From: Squalus acanthias
Lineage: Eukaryota
DNA: 64,000 nucleotides
Assembly (NCBI GenBank): GCA_030390025.1
Contig: CM059432.1
Coordinates: forward strand, 115,570,001-115,634,000
Reading direction: 5' to 3'
In this document: piece after piece, positions 37,224-49,706 of the stretch
Numbering within the stretch: position 1 is the first letter of the stretch
How the letters are laid out: every line of letters begins with the position of its first letter
The notes under the pieces: generated by a model
Database searches by the model: none
What the model was told of the DNA's origin: nothing
What the model saw: the letters and a program-made list of their open reading frames with translations, nothing else
Program-made: the position numbers and the translations under genes

Positions 37224-38992
37224 CTACTGTTTGCTCTTCGAGGGTAATCTCCATCCCTTGCGCAATTCCCTCCTTCCCACCCTACTGCTCCTCCGTAATG
37301 GGGTCCCAGTGGCTGCAGCAAAGCTGGTGGAAGGCTGCTGAATGTCAGATGCTGAGACTACAGATGCCCTTGAAGGACGCCCTCGACCAGCTCTGGGCCT
37401 GGAGGCCCCGGCTGCAGATTGCACCAACTCTGCATGGGCGGCAGCAGTCTGGGCTGGATGTGTTGCAGGCGGTGGCAAGTGCAATGGGGAAGTGACAGTG
37501 GTGGGAGCAGGAATGCTGTCATCCTGAGATAGGACAGCACCTTCCTGCTCGACCGACACACTGGCACTCCCACGGGGCAGCACCTCAGCATCCAGAGAAA
37601 TCTGCTCGAGCACAGATTGCTGGCCTGCTGCGGCACCATGAGAGCCCCTGGGCAATGTGGCCGAACCAGCGACGCTGGCAGCAGTCAGTGCTTGCGTTAC
37701 ATCAACCTGAGACTGCATGAGAGCAGTCTGAGATTGGATCGCAGCAGCCAGTGACTGAATTGCAGCACTAAGCCGTTGCGTTGTGTCGGCCTGTGCTACA
37801 GCGGAGTGCTCCACACTCCTTGCCAGTCCATCAATGCTTTCGGGCACCCTTCCCATTGCACCCATGAGCTGAGTGTGCTTGTTCAACGCCTGGGTATTAA
37901 TTTCCGCGATGAGGCGATCCTGCTCTGCGTCTAGTGCAGCAGGACTCGCTGACCTACTCTCCCTCCGGGGAGAAGGCCCCCGAGCTTCCCTACCCCCATG
38001 GCGTTGCTGCAGCCCGCTGGGTCCCGGAGCTTCGTCGTCATCAGACCTTTCCCGCCTGCTCTCCTCCAAGGAAGGCGTGGTCCCAGTGTGGGCATGGGCT
38101 CCCTTGGGAGACGCAGGCACTGAGGCTCCGGCTTCCTCTTCCTCCTCGCCTGGGGCGCCGCTCCCACTGGTTGGTTGAGGGACAGGCTGCTCAGCTGGTG
38201 GTTCACTATCTGAAAGCAGGGAGGTACAAGAGTGGCTTTAGCGTCAGGACATGGGGCAGTAAGGGAGCAAGGACTGGAGACGTTTAGTAAGTTGGATTGA
38301 AAGTGTAAAAGGCTGGTGTTGAGGGGAAAGTGGAATGAGAGAGGAGAGAAAGCTGATGAACTTACCATTGCTGTCCCCAAGGGGGTTGACCTCCCCAACG
38401 GCCACGGCACCTATCACCTGGCTGGCAACGATCCTGTGGATGCACGCCTCCAAATCGCTGAGGGTCTGCAGCTCAGCCGGCCCTCCACCCGCTCACTGCT
38501 GCTGCCGCCTGTTGTGAGATAGCTTGGCCTGCAAGAAAAAGGATGGCCTCTGAGTGAATGTGCAGCCATATGCTTGCATGATGTGCCTCCCATAGTTGAA
38601 TAGCCCTTAATGTATGCAAGGTGTGGAATGTGCTTGTGTGCTTTGAGATGTCCATAGGTCTTGGATGAGTGTTGGGCATTTGGGGTTTTTAAACCCTCTG
38701 GGCACAGAGTGAGGTTTCGATGGAGGGATGTAGAGGTATTGAAAAGCAGCCACTCACCCTGACCACCCGAGTAAGGTCGTTGAACTTCTTCTGACATTAG
38801 GTGTGGGTCCTGGGCACCATGCTTCTGGAGGAGATGTGCTGAGCCACCTCCCTCCACACTCTTCTATAATCGCGTGGCAATGGCCTCCTGCCACTCTGGA
38901 TAACGTACTGATCTTCGGCGCTCCACTGCGCCAACCAGAGCCACCAAGGCCCGGTCCCTGAAGCGCTGAGCTCGTTCCCTGGGCCTCTCCAT
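37224..38992 (-). pseudogene. Harbinger Myb/SANT-like (NAIF1/MSANTD-type) DNA-binding gene, 3 exons: 38992-38758, 38528-38366, 38209-37224
   Basis: Exon 1 MERPRERAQRFRDRALVALV...VWREVAQHIS...CQKKFNDLTRVVR|GTGAGT (one frameshift, one stop). Exon 2 AKLSHNRRQQQ*AGGG. Exon 3 is fully open. All GT-AG sites are canonical. Confidence 0.88.
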
Positions 38993-40297
38993 TGTTCTTT
39001 GCAGCAGAATTCAAGTTGAGGTCTGTCCAGGCCGAGATTCAAGGCTGCAATGAGCAGGGTGTGGCTGGAGAGCAAGATCGACCCTTCCCTTTAAGAAGTG
39101 GCCGGCGCCAGTGTGTCTGTGTTCCATTGCTAACTGACATCACCTGAGCTTCGCCAGCGCTCTGAGTTAGCGCCTTGCTCCTCGGTGTTAGCGCCTTAAG
39201 AGAGGTGTCTAGCGCCTGATTTAGCGCTCCAATCACCTCCAGGGGCGCTAGAAGCCATGTTTGCAGTCGGAAGCGATAATTAGCGCCAGGCGCTAAACTT
39301 TACGCCCGGCTGATAATTGTGCCCCGAACGGGGCGATACCGAATTTCTCCCCGAGTCTTTATAATAAAGTCTCTTGTGACAATAAAGTACGTCAAACCTG
39401 TCATCTATGTTGTGACTAACAAGCTGTCAGTCAGTTTCTTATTTTTCATTTGTTAAGTGTTCAAGTCACTTTGTTTTTTGGATATTTTCTACATTTGTCA
39501 TATTTTCATTCCCAATCGTATAATGCATAACATTTCCCCATAATTTTAATTTTTCCCTCAATCACATTCCACCAAATGAAATTTTATCCAATCACATAGC
39601 TATGACATTTCCCTACTAGTCCCACGATATATCCCTTAAAAATAAAATGTATTATAATAAACACATTTTAACAGAATTCAACCATTCAGGAAAAAAATAC
39701 TAACTTTATCCCATTTTCAAATCACTCCAAAAACTCCTTTCCCCTTGCATGGCCTGACTTGCCTATCAGGCCTCTTGATCCCAACCTGGGTACACTCTTC
39801 CCAAGTACTTCATTGTCCAGCTCGCCCAGTTGAATCTGATGTTCTGAGCCAAACAATTTCAGTACAGCTCCAGTGAACCAGCGCATACCTCGGCCTGCAT
39901 TTCACCGTATGCACAAAAAGTGCAATTGTTCTGTGAGACTTCCGTGACATAACCAGACCCATTGTGGATAGATAATTGTGTGAAAGCGACAATCAAGTTA
40001 AGCACGAGGGCATCACAGAATCTCTTGCTTTTGCAATGCCCACCCTTAAGTTCTGTGCATGTGCACAATTAGCAATAGCTGCTGTTGAACTTCTGCAAGA
40101 ATCAAACTATTCAGTTAAGGAAAAACCTAATTACTGGAATAATCACAGCAAGAAGCAAACTACTCAGTTTTTCCTTAACTGAGTCGGTTAGTAATGTGAT
40201 ACCGAATCAATTTCAAGATCTGTAATAAAGTTAATGGTAATATTCTTTGTGTTGGAGATCGCTGCTGAATTACTAAACATAGATATGCTACTTTCAG

Positions 40298-40383
40298 TTA
40301 TAATGCCATCAAGGCCTACAAACAGGATGGTCGTCCAGCACAACTTAGCGCTACTCAGCACCTTATCTCAGCTGCTGAAGCTG
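40298..40383 (+). CDS. SLC25A32: SLC25A32 coding exon 3
   Basis: TTTCAG acceptor, (F)YNAIKAYKQDGRPAQLSATQHLISAAEA(G), GTAAGT donor. 86 nt, phases fit both neighbours. Confidence 0.95.
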
Positions 40384-42074
40384 GTAAGTAGTTGGAAGAA
40401 TTAAACTTATTTGACTGGGTGACAAAAGTAGGGCCACCGTATTAATGCCTCTGTATTACATTAGTGCATGAAAATGTAACTGGATTATTACGTGTACAGG
40501 CTTTGCCCTCGCTAGCTCATTTTTTGATTGATGTTATGTTTGTGTTCTCTTTGGCTGAAGACTTGCTAGCTTCAGTATTGCTTATCTGACTTCAGCACAA
40601 AAAAGCAACATCCCAACGGTCAGCACATGTACAGATTATAACATACCGTTTTAACAGTCAAAGAGTATTATACAACTAATTGTAACTGTATTTTCAAGCT
40701 ATGAATTAAAATTTTGTCCATTTGCTCTCAATAGCTATTTATGTTTCTATGCAATATGCAAAGACTAATGGATATTCCCACATATGATATTTTTTTCATT
40801 GAGTTAGGTAGTTATATTTTATTTTCAACTAGTTTGTTTTTGTTAGCATGGGGTGGTATGGTTGGTCATCTGCAAGGGCACTTACTCTATGTATTTGAGG
40901 CACGATGTCCACAATGTTGATGTAATCATTACGCATTTGAGTGATAATTGGAAGCTGATCTACCAGAAAATAACAAATTGTATGCCAATTAAAATGACAA
41001 TCCTATCAAGAAAAGATAGGAATTATCCTAGTAGAATAGAGTGATGTAATATTGAGGCAAATTGTGCTCTACAGATGTTTTTGTATTCATCATTTTATTC
41101 AACTGCCAGAAGTAGAACTCTCACACATAACTGTTATGTGTCCATATCTCACAGTTGTGCAATTAGTCACTGTACTCTGATATGTGGAGCAGTAAAAATG
41201 TCCTTGTGGACCTGTTCAGGAAATATGGTTCAGTTTATCTCTGTAAATAGTGATTATTTAGTGTTTTTATTGACCCTTTAGCCCTCTTTCTATGTACCCC
41301 CCCCCAAAAAAAAAACCCATAACAATTCAGAATTGTTTGTGAGAAAGGAAGATAATTTGTCCTGGTACAAAAATGCTGAATATTTTTCTAACACAGCGTG
41401 TAGATTTGCCTGGAATGCTAACAGAACTACACAGAGCTTGAACTGAGAGTATATGTAACACCTGAAAGAAGGAGGTTATTTAGAAATGTTGGCTGGTCTT
41501 GCAATCTGTAGTTAACTTTGAGTATTTGTATAATATTTAAGTGGAGCTAGCAGGAAAGTTCTACTATTATTGATAATTGACTTTTGTATTTCTAATAATG
41601 TGTACTTGTATGAAATGCATATTATCAAGTGTATCTCTTTGTGAAAGAAACTTTCTGAGAACTACAATAATGACAGCAAAAGTGGAAGGCATCGTTTTAA
41701 TGTTTGTACAGATCAGTATTTCTGGGTAAATAACCAGACAGTCTTATGTGGACTCTTTGTGCTAGACTTAAAATGTTTTCATACAGAAGTATGGAATGGA
41801 ATAACAACATTCACATTATTCAACATAGAATATCTGAAGAAATCACCTTCTGAAGTACTAGTCAGCAAAGGGAATTTAATCAAAATAATAAATATTTATC
41901 GACATTTTGATATCAAGGAATATTTGCCAACTTTTAATATTTCAGTTTTATATTACATTGTTCAAGTTAACTACCTTTATATAATCACAAACTGGACATA
42001 AAACACAGATAAATACATGTACATGCAACAACGTAAGCAACAGCCCCCTTCAACAAATGTACCTGTTTTTTTAG

Positions 42075-42235
42075 GCGCAGTGACGCTTTGTATTACAAAT
42101 CCAATTTGGGTGACGAAGACGCGGTTAGTTCTGCAGTACGATGCAGGTGTCGATCCATCAAAGAGACAGTACAAGGGCATGTTTCATGCCCTTTTGAAAA
42201 TATACCAGAATGAAGGTATTCGTGGACTCTACAAG
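42075..42235 (+). CDS. SLC25A32: SLC25A32 coding exon 4
   Basis: TTTTAG acceptor, (G)[59 protein letters not shown] donor. 161 nt. Contains the PIWVxKTR variant signature of this carrier. Confidence 0.97.
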
Positions 42236-42282
42236 GTGAGGTAATAGTACCAGTAACTGGACCTTAACATTGTAAAGTCTTT

Positions 42283-43042
42283 GGCCCGGATTTTGCGGTA
42301 GAAATAATGGTGAGGTGATTGGCGCTCACCGTTATTAAGGAGTAAATTGGACAGCAACTTACAGCGTCTGCACATGCGCAGTAAAATGTGGAAATCAGGA
42401 ATTTGCTGTCCGAGTTGCCCTGCTCCTCCTGAAATTGCACAATACTCGTATCTCGCCGAGAGACTTGGAATTCAGACACATGGAAGGGCTTGAATTTGCG
42501 GTACTTACAAAACACGCCAGAAAGAGTTAGAGCTTGTCCATTCAAGTGCTAAGTGAATTTTTAACAGCATGATAAGTCTTCATTACTGCCAAACAACCTC
42601 TCTGCCACTGAAAATTAACTTTTACAAGTGTGGCGTCTCATTCCGTCAGATTTTAGTTATTGTTGGAGATTTTAAAAAGTTAAAATTAAACTTTTTTTTC
42701 TTTTTGTCTCTTTTATCTCTCTCTCTTTTAATCCTATCTTACTTTCCTTCTCTTTATTTCACTTTCTGTACATGATTTGACATTGAATTAAATATTCTAA
42801 CTTAAGCTTCCTGGTTTAGACTCTGCGTGTCTCCGTGAGGATTTTTCAATATGATTGGTTGAGGAGACACACCGTTGCTTGCCCCGTTCACATCTGTCCC
42901 AGATCCCCTGTAGGGCCACCGTGCTGTTTTTGCTCTCTCATAACCGCAATTTCTAGTGCAAAAGCCCATAGAAAGTCTGGTCAAGTGTAAGTGTAATGAG
43001 CAGCTAGCGCGCTCATTCGCCGCTGACTGCAAAATCCAGGCC
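42283..43042. mobile_element. Harbinger-type MITE, same broad family as 11344-12068 in the opposite orientation
   Basis: TIR GGCCCGGATTTTGCGGT / ACTGCAAAATCCAGGCC with a TTT/TTT TSD. Its interior resembles the reverse complement of the 11344 element. Confidence 0.85.
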
Positions 43043-43765
43043 TTTGTCACTTTATATCCGTTAAACGCAAGAGTATCAGTAAATTGGCTTAGGTAGTACT
43101 TTGTGGGTTCTTGTAATCATTTTATACTGTGTACTTTATTTTATGTTGTCCCCTTTTCTCTATGAAGGTGCCAGTTCCACCTCCAGTACCATGCATGTTT
43201 TATGTAAGAATCTAGCTAGGCAGTGTCAGAAGGCAATTGAATTGGAGGGGAGCTCAGTTTTGTCCTCACCTGATGCCCACGGTTGCATAGTTTCAGCTGG
43301 GGTTACTGTTTGACAAATCGGGTAGGAACCCTGGTGATTTTTGTTCAAGTTAACTTTCTTACATAATCCTAAACTGGATATGAAACACAAATTGAATTGC
43401 ATTCTGAGACTGCCGAGCTCGGTTCTTACATAAAGAATTCCCATGTAGGTGAGGTACTAAAGGACTGCTCATGTCCAGTGACACTGAGGTCAGTTATAGC
43501 ACCGCACTGCCATTTGGGCTGAGACCAACTAACTCAGCACAGTATCATACTGGCTTTGCATTTAACCATTGAGCAATTGAGAGCGCCCAGAAATTTATTC
43601 CAAAAGCACATGTGTCAGTTACCAATAGTTTTGAAAAATAGATACAAAGAATTATCACTGACATCCTCAGTTTTTCAAGCATGTGAACTGAACTAACATC
43701 AAGAGAGAAAGAGGGGGGGATAATATTCTGTTCTGTAAATTCTAACATTCAAAACAAATACTTTT

Positions 43766-44476
43766 GGGGGGGAAAGATTCGGCTGGTTATCGCCTCCCGT
43801 TAGCGCCTCTGGGGGGCGCTAACGTGGCGCTAGGAACTTAGCACCCAAGCGCGGCAATTTTAGCGCTGCTCACGAATTTGACCAGTCGTTTTGCGGCGGC
43901 GCTAAACACTACCGCCACGATCTCCTGCGCCCGCAGATTGTGACGTCGAGCGCCCCGGACTGGATATTGAGTCGCACCCCCTGCCTTAGCGCCTTCCGCT
44001 AGGAACAACAGGTAATGGGGAACAGTTTTAGTTTTAACGCTGTCCTAAGGAGTTTTGGCCCTCAGCGCCACTTTTGAGGTTCCTAAGCGCCGAGCTCTTT
44101 CTCTGGGCCTATCCATTAGTGCTTCCAACACAATTGCTTTTGAGGTCTCTCCAGGCCGAGATTCAAGGCTGCAATGAGCAGGGAGTGGCTGGCCAGCAAG
44201 ATGGCCCCTCCCCTTTTAAGAACTGGACGGCGCCAGTCTGTCTGGCTTCCATGGTAATTGGCATCGCCTGAGCTTCGGTAGCGTTCTGAGGTAGCGCCTC
44301 GCTCCCTGACGTTTGCGCCTTAAGAGAGGTGTGTAGCGCCTGATTTAGCGCTCAAATCACCTCCAGGGGCGATAGAGGCGAATTTTGCAGTCGGAGGCGA
44401 TAATTAAACCGGGCACTAAACTTTGCGCCCGGCCAATATTAGCGCCCCAAAATGGGTGATACTGAATTTTTCCCCC
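43766..44476 (+). mobile_element. Harbinger MITE related to the 35280-39353 element
   Basis: Termini GGGGGAAAGATTC / GAATTTTTCCCCC. Both subterminal regions align by eye to the ends of the large element, with many TAGCGCC motifs. Confidence 0.88.
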
Positions 44477-45001
44477 TTAATGTTTTAAACCATTTACGTG
44501 TTTCTTCTGTGTTCCTGTTTCTTCCATCCATTTTGGAGGTAGGAGCAACTTTTTAAAATTGGCCAGTTGATTAGCGCAAATCAACCAAAGGCTATTTTTT
44601 TTAGCTAATTGAACAGCAAGGATATAAAAGATCAACATATCATAGACTTAACCAGGTTCATCTTGGACATGGACATGTACAGTCAGGAAGTTGTTCTGTT
44701 GAGCAAGAATACTTATCAGCTTCCAGAAGAGGTTTCTTGGACAACTTGTCACGGGTTAATAGTGAGTTAGCATGGGTGCCCACTTAATCTTCTTAAGGCA
44801 CTGTGTTTGTTCAGTGACACATAATTAGGTGAGAATGAGATTAAGGAAAGACTATCTCTCCCAAGTCACTTATACCAGCACTTTCAGAATCCCAAATGTT
44901 TGGCCCTCCATTTGCCGCGATACTTTGGCAGCTGCAGTGTGATCTGCTCAATCACACCCTCACCTCCACCTTTGATGCCCTTGGTCCCAGTAAAACCCTT
45001 A

Positions 45002-45724
45002 AGCCTAAAATTTTGGTTAGGGCGCTAACGGGGCGCAAAGCAACTAGCGCCCGGGCGCAGCGCCTCCCGCTAAATTCGCCGGGAGGTTAGCGGCGGCGGT
45101 AACAGTCAGCGCCCCGCGGCACTGCACCGCCAGCGATGACGTCATCGCCGTGCTCAGCACCCCGGCTGCAATCTTCGGTAGCGACCCCTGACTTACCGCC
45201 GGACGCTATGTCTGACGGGGTCAGGGGGACCTACCTGTAGCCGAGGAGGCGCTAATTAAAGGGAAGGTGCCGGGCGGCCATTTCGGTTGCTGGCCGCCTG
45301 CCAGCACCTGCCCCCTCTGCCGTCCCCGGCCTCCTCTGAAGGCCCTCCGCGGAGTGCCGGCTGCGCTCCGTGATTCCGGCACCTCTATTGCGTGCCGGGC
45401 TCTTTTGCCGGCACTCCGATCCCTGGTGGCCCAGCTGGGCCCTGGGTCGCGCTGCGCTAGGCCCCTCCCCTTTAAGAAGGGGAGGAAGGCCTGCAGTACT
45501 GCGGCGTGATGTGCTGCAGCGCATGGCGCTGTGACACGTAGCGCCGCAATATTCATTCGCAGCGCCCCAAGAGGGAGGCGATGCGCTTCCAGTAGCACCC
45601 TGCTTCCCTCTTGGGACGCTACCGATGAATTTCGGCTGCGGGGGCGCTAATTTTTTCGGGGCGCTGAAAGTAGCACCCCGGCGAAGTTAGCACCCCAAAG
45701 GGGGCGCGACTCAATTTTTCCCCC
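45002..45724 (+). mobile_element. Harbinger-type MITE inserted in an L2 element
   Basis: Perfect TTA TSD (44999-45001, 45725-45727). Right end CAATTTTTCCCCC. Shares GGGCGCAAAGCAACTAGCGCCCGGGCGC with the large element. The left TIR is degenerate. Confidence 0.8.
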
Positions 45725-46977
45725 TTAGTCTCTCCTACCCTGGTCGGTCCCCTTGATACGATCCCCATCTGCACTCCCTTAAGTCCAAGGGACACGGATT
45801 TAAACATTTATGGCGCACAACTGGTTTAGCCATTAATCACATGATCTGATCGACCACATCAAGCATTATCGGGCCCTGCTCTCATCTGTCAAATCTGCTC
45901 ATTACTCCAGGATTATCTTGGAATGCAAAGATAACCCTGGCTTCTTTTCTCCACTACCAACTGTCTCCTTAAACCCTTTTTCCTCTATCCTCCACTCTGA
46001 CGTCCAACAACAAGTGCTAGGAGCTCATGGACTTCTTTGTCACTAAAGTTGAGACCATCTGTTCAGCTGCCTCTGCCACATCCCTCTCTTCCCCTTGCCC
46101 ACCAAGCCAAACTTCCCCAAAGCTCCCCCTTTCCTAGCCCGGAACGCGCATCTTTCTCTAGGTTCTCCCATCATGCCCTCTCCGAGCTCACCTGGTCCAT
46201 GAGACCCAACTCCTGCTCTCGACCCTATTTCCACTAAACTGCTGACCATCCAATTTCTCTTCCAGGTCCCCATAGTAGCTGATGTTGTTAACGGTTCCCT
46301 CAACTCAGGAAATGTCCCCCTCCCCTTTAAATTTGCTGTCATCACCCCCGCTCCTCAAAAAACCCACCCTTGACTGCTCTGTCCTTGCAAATTACCGCCC
46401 ATCTACAAACTCCTTTTCTTCTCACAAGTCCTCGAATGTTGGGTATCTTTCCTGCAACTTCATGTTTGAACCTCTTCAATCAGGTTTCCACCCCTGCCAC
46501 AGCACTGAAATGGCCCTTATTAAAGTCACAAATTACATCCTATGTGACTGTGGTGCACTATCCCTCCTTATCCTTCTCGACCTGTCTAAAACCTTGACAC
46601 AGTTGACCACACCATCTTTCTCCAATGCCTCTCCTCCATTCTCCAGCAGAGTGGGTCTGCGTTCGCCTGGTCCACTCGTACCTATCCAGACATAGCCAGA
46701 GAATCTCCTGCAATAGCTTCTCTTCCCACATTCGCACCGTTACCTCTGGAGTCCCCCAAGGATCTATCCTTGGCCCCTTCCTACATGCTGCCCCTAGGCG
46801 ACATCATCCAAAAACACAAAGTCAGGTTCCATATGTACGCTGATGACAGCCAGCTCTCCCTCGCCGCCACCTCTCTCGACCCCGCCATTACCTCTGTTGT
46901 CAGACTGCTTGTCCGACATCCAGTCCTGGATGAGCTGAAATTTCCTCCTATTAAACATTGGGAAGACTGAAGCCATT

Positions 46978-47856
46978 GGGGGAAAAATTCAGTTGGTTGC
47001 GCCTCCCTTTAGCGCCTTAAGAGGGCGCTAATGGGGCGCAAAGCAACTAGCGCCCGGGCGCGGCGATGTTTGCACCGCTTGGGAAATTAACTAGACATTT
47101 TGCGGCGGCGCTAAACACTACCGCCACAATCTCCTGCGCCGGCAGATCGTGACGTCAGTCGACTGCGTAGCGCCCCGGAGCGGATATTGAGTGGCGCCCC
47201 CTGCCTTACCGCCTGCCGCTAGCAACAACAGGTTGAGGGGAGCGTTTTGCAGTCAGGAAGGGACTGGGGGAGCGCTATTTAAAGGCGACCGCTTCCTGCC
47301 TTTTTTTGTTGGTGACATTTTTGAACCACGCATTCTGAGAGAGAGAGAGAGACTTCTGGAGAGATTCAACGCTGTGTGAAGGAGTTTTGGGTAATGAGCC
47401 GCACTTTGCAGGTTCATTTTGATTGGCCCTTCCTTGTATCGATTTAGAAGAGACTGTGGGGCTGCACTCTTAGCTCTTTCCCTGGTTCTCTCCATTGTTC
47501 TTTCCAGCAGATTTGATGTACAGGTCTCTCGAGGCCGAGATTCAAGGCTGCAATGAGCAGGATGTGGATGGAAAGCAAGATCAACCCTCCCCTTTAAGAA
47601 CTGGCCGGCGCCATTGTGTCTGTGTTCCATTGCTGACTGACATCACATGAGCTTCGCCAGTGCTCTGAGTTAGCGCCTCGCTCCTCGGCCTTTGCGCCTT
47701 AAGACAGATGTGTAGCGCCTGATTTAGCGCTCCAATCACCTCCAGGGGCGATAAAAGTCAAGTTTGCAGTCGGAGGCGATAATTAGCGCCAGGCGCTAAT
47801 CTTTGCGCCCGGCCGATAATTGCGCCCCAAATGGGGCGATACTGAATTTCTCCCCC
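46978..47856 (+). mobile_element. Internal-deletion MITE of the 35280-39353 Harbinger family, inserted in an L2 element
   Basis: TIRs GGGGGAAAAATTCAGT / ACTGAATTTCTCCCCC, TSD ATT/ATC. Removing it restores the L2 sequence GAAGCCATYGTCTTCGG. Confidence 0.93.
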
Positions 47857-49195
47857 ATCGTCTTCGGCCCCCACCACAAACTCCGTTCCCGGGCTATGAT
47901 GACATTCATCTCCCTGTCCACTGATTCAGGCTAAAGCAGACCGTTCGCAATCTCGGTCGGTGTCCTTTTTGACACTGAGCTTCCGACCCCATATCCTCTC
48001 CATCACAAAGACCGCCTACTTCCACCTCCATAATATCACCCGTCTCTGCCTCTGCCTCAGCCCAGCTACTGCTGAAACCTTCAACCATGCTTTTGTTACC
48101 TCCAGATTTGCCTATTCCAATGTTCTCCTGGCCGGCCTCCCATCTTCATCCATAAATTTAAGTGCATTCAAAACTCTGCTGCACATATCCCAATTCACAC
48201 CAAGTCCCATTCACCCATCATCCATGTTGACTGGCCAATATTGGCTTCCAATCCAGCAAGGCCTCGATTTTAAAATTCTCATCCTTGTGTTCAAATCCCT
48301 CCATGGCCTCGCCCCTCGCTATTTCTAACCTTCTCCAGCACTACAACTCTCCGAGAACTCTGTGTTCCTCCAACTCTGACCTCTTGAGCATCCCCTACTT
48401 CCTTTACCCCACCATTGGCAGCCGTGCCTTCAGCCATCTAGGCCCTAAGCTCTGGAATTCCCTCCCTAAGGGGATCAAGGGATATGGGGAGAAAGCAGGG
48501 ACAGGGTACTGAATTTGGATGATCAGCCATGATCGCATTGAATGGCGGAGCAGGCTCGAGAGGCCGAATGGCCTACTCCTGCTCTTATCTTCTATGTTTC
48601 TATGTAAACATCTCCACCTCTCACTCCTCCTTAAGACCCTCCTTAAAACCTACCTATTTGACAAAGCTTTTGGTCACCTGTCCTAATGTCTTCTTCTTTG
48701 GCTCGGTGTGAATTTTTGTCTCATTACACTCCTGTGAAGCACCTTGGGACATTTTACTACGTTAAAGGTGCTTGGACGATGGGGGGAGGGGGCTGGTAGG
48801 GAACTGGTGGACAGTGGGGATTTTAAGTCTCAAGTTATCTTTAAAATCCTAATAGGACCACAGATCCATATATCTTTATTGCTCGTTTTCAACATCTCTT
48901 AAGAGGCTGAAAAACAACCGTGCAAGGTACAAAACTTTCACTTTCAGATCCTGTTGTTGGTAATGTTTACCTAATGTCAGTCTGATATTTTATATTTCAT
49001 TGCTATACAACTCTGTACCAATTTTCTTTATAAAGAAATTGGCTTAACTGGATATGTTTTGATAAAGAGAATTTTTTTTTTTTGCCTGTGGTTAATGTGG
49101 CAGAAAATTTTAAATCCAGTGCTTTTTAATTTTTACCCAGGTCTTAGAGGTCATTTAAACCCAATATAATAATCATATGAACTGAAAAATGAATG

Positions 49196-49545
49196 CTTTT
49201 TTTAATTTGTTTATGGGATGTGGGCGTCGCTGGCAAGGCCAGCATTTATTGCCCATCCCTAATTGCCCTTGAGAAGGTGGTGGTGGTGAGCCGCCTTCTT
49301 GAACCGCTGCAGTCCGTGTGGTGAAGGTACTCCCACAGTGCTGTCAGGGAGGGAGTTCCAGGATTTTGATACAGCGACGATGAAGGATTGCCGATATACT
49401 TCTAAGTCAGGATGGTGTGTGACTTGGAGGGGAACTTGGAGGTGGTGGTGTTCCCATGCGCCTGCTGCCCTTGTCCTTCTAGGTGGAAGAGGTCGCGGGT
49501 TTGGGAGGGGCTGCCGAAGAAGCCTTGGCGTGTTGCTGAGGATAT
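49196..49545 (-). mobile_element. 3' end of the 12723-15685 LINE family, about 50 bp upstream of SLC25A32 exon 5
   Basis: PRLLRQPLPNPRPLPPRRTRAAGAWEH matches ORF 15077..15562. Confidence 0.9.
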
Positions 49546-49592
49546 TGTAAAACTGCACTGCGTTTGAGCTCTGTGTATCTACTTTTCTATAG

Positions 49593-49706
49593 GGATTCGT
49601 GCCAGGTCTTTTTGGGACATCACATGGTGCTCTCCAGTTCATGGCTTATGAGGAACTGAAGAAAGAATACAGTAAATACAAGAATATGGCAACAGATGCA
49701 AAACTG
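49593..49706 (+). CDS. SLC25A32: SLC25A32 coding exon 5 (later exons lie right of the window)
   Basis: CTATAG acceptor, [44 protein letters not shown] donor. 114 nt. Confidence 0.97.

Larger units (their letters stand above)
35280..39353 (+). mobile_element. Near full-length PIF/Harbinger DNA transposon with two convergent genes
   Basis: Termini GGGGGGAAAATTCGGT / ACCGAATTTCTCCCCG, flanks TGT/AGT (degenerate 3-bp TSD). Transposase on +, spliced Myb/SANT gene on -. Confidence 0.93.
44925..48772 (+). mobile_element. Long L2 fragment interrupted by two Harbinger MITEs and a CR1 tail (about 48468-48605)
   Basis: LLKKPTLDCSVLANYRP, QSGFHPCHSTEMAL, GVPQGSILGP, MYADDSQL, HAFVTSRFAYSNVLLAGLP, L2 tail. 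Confidence 0.88.

Noticed and set aside
35781..38992. Host genes HARBI1 / NAIF1
   Set aside because: Both ORFs have stops or frameshifts and sit inside TIRs, so they are transposon copies rather than domesticated genes.
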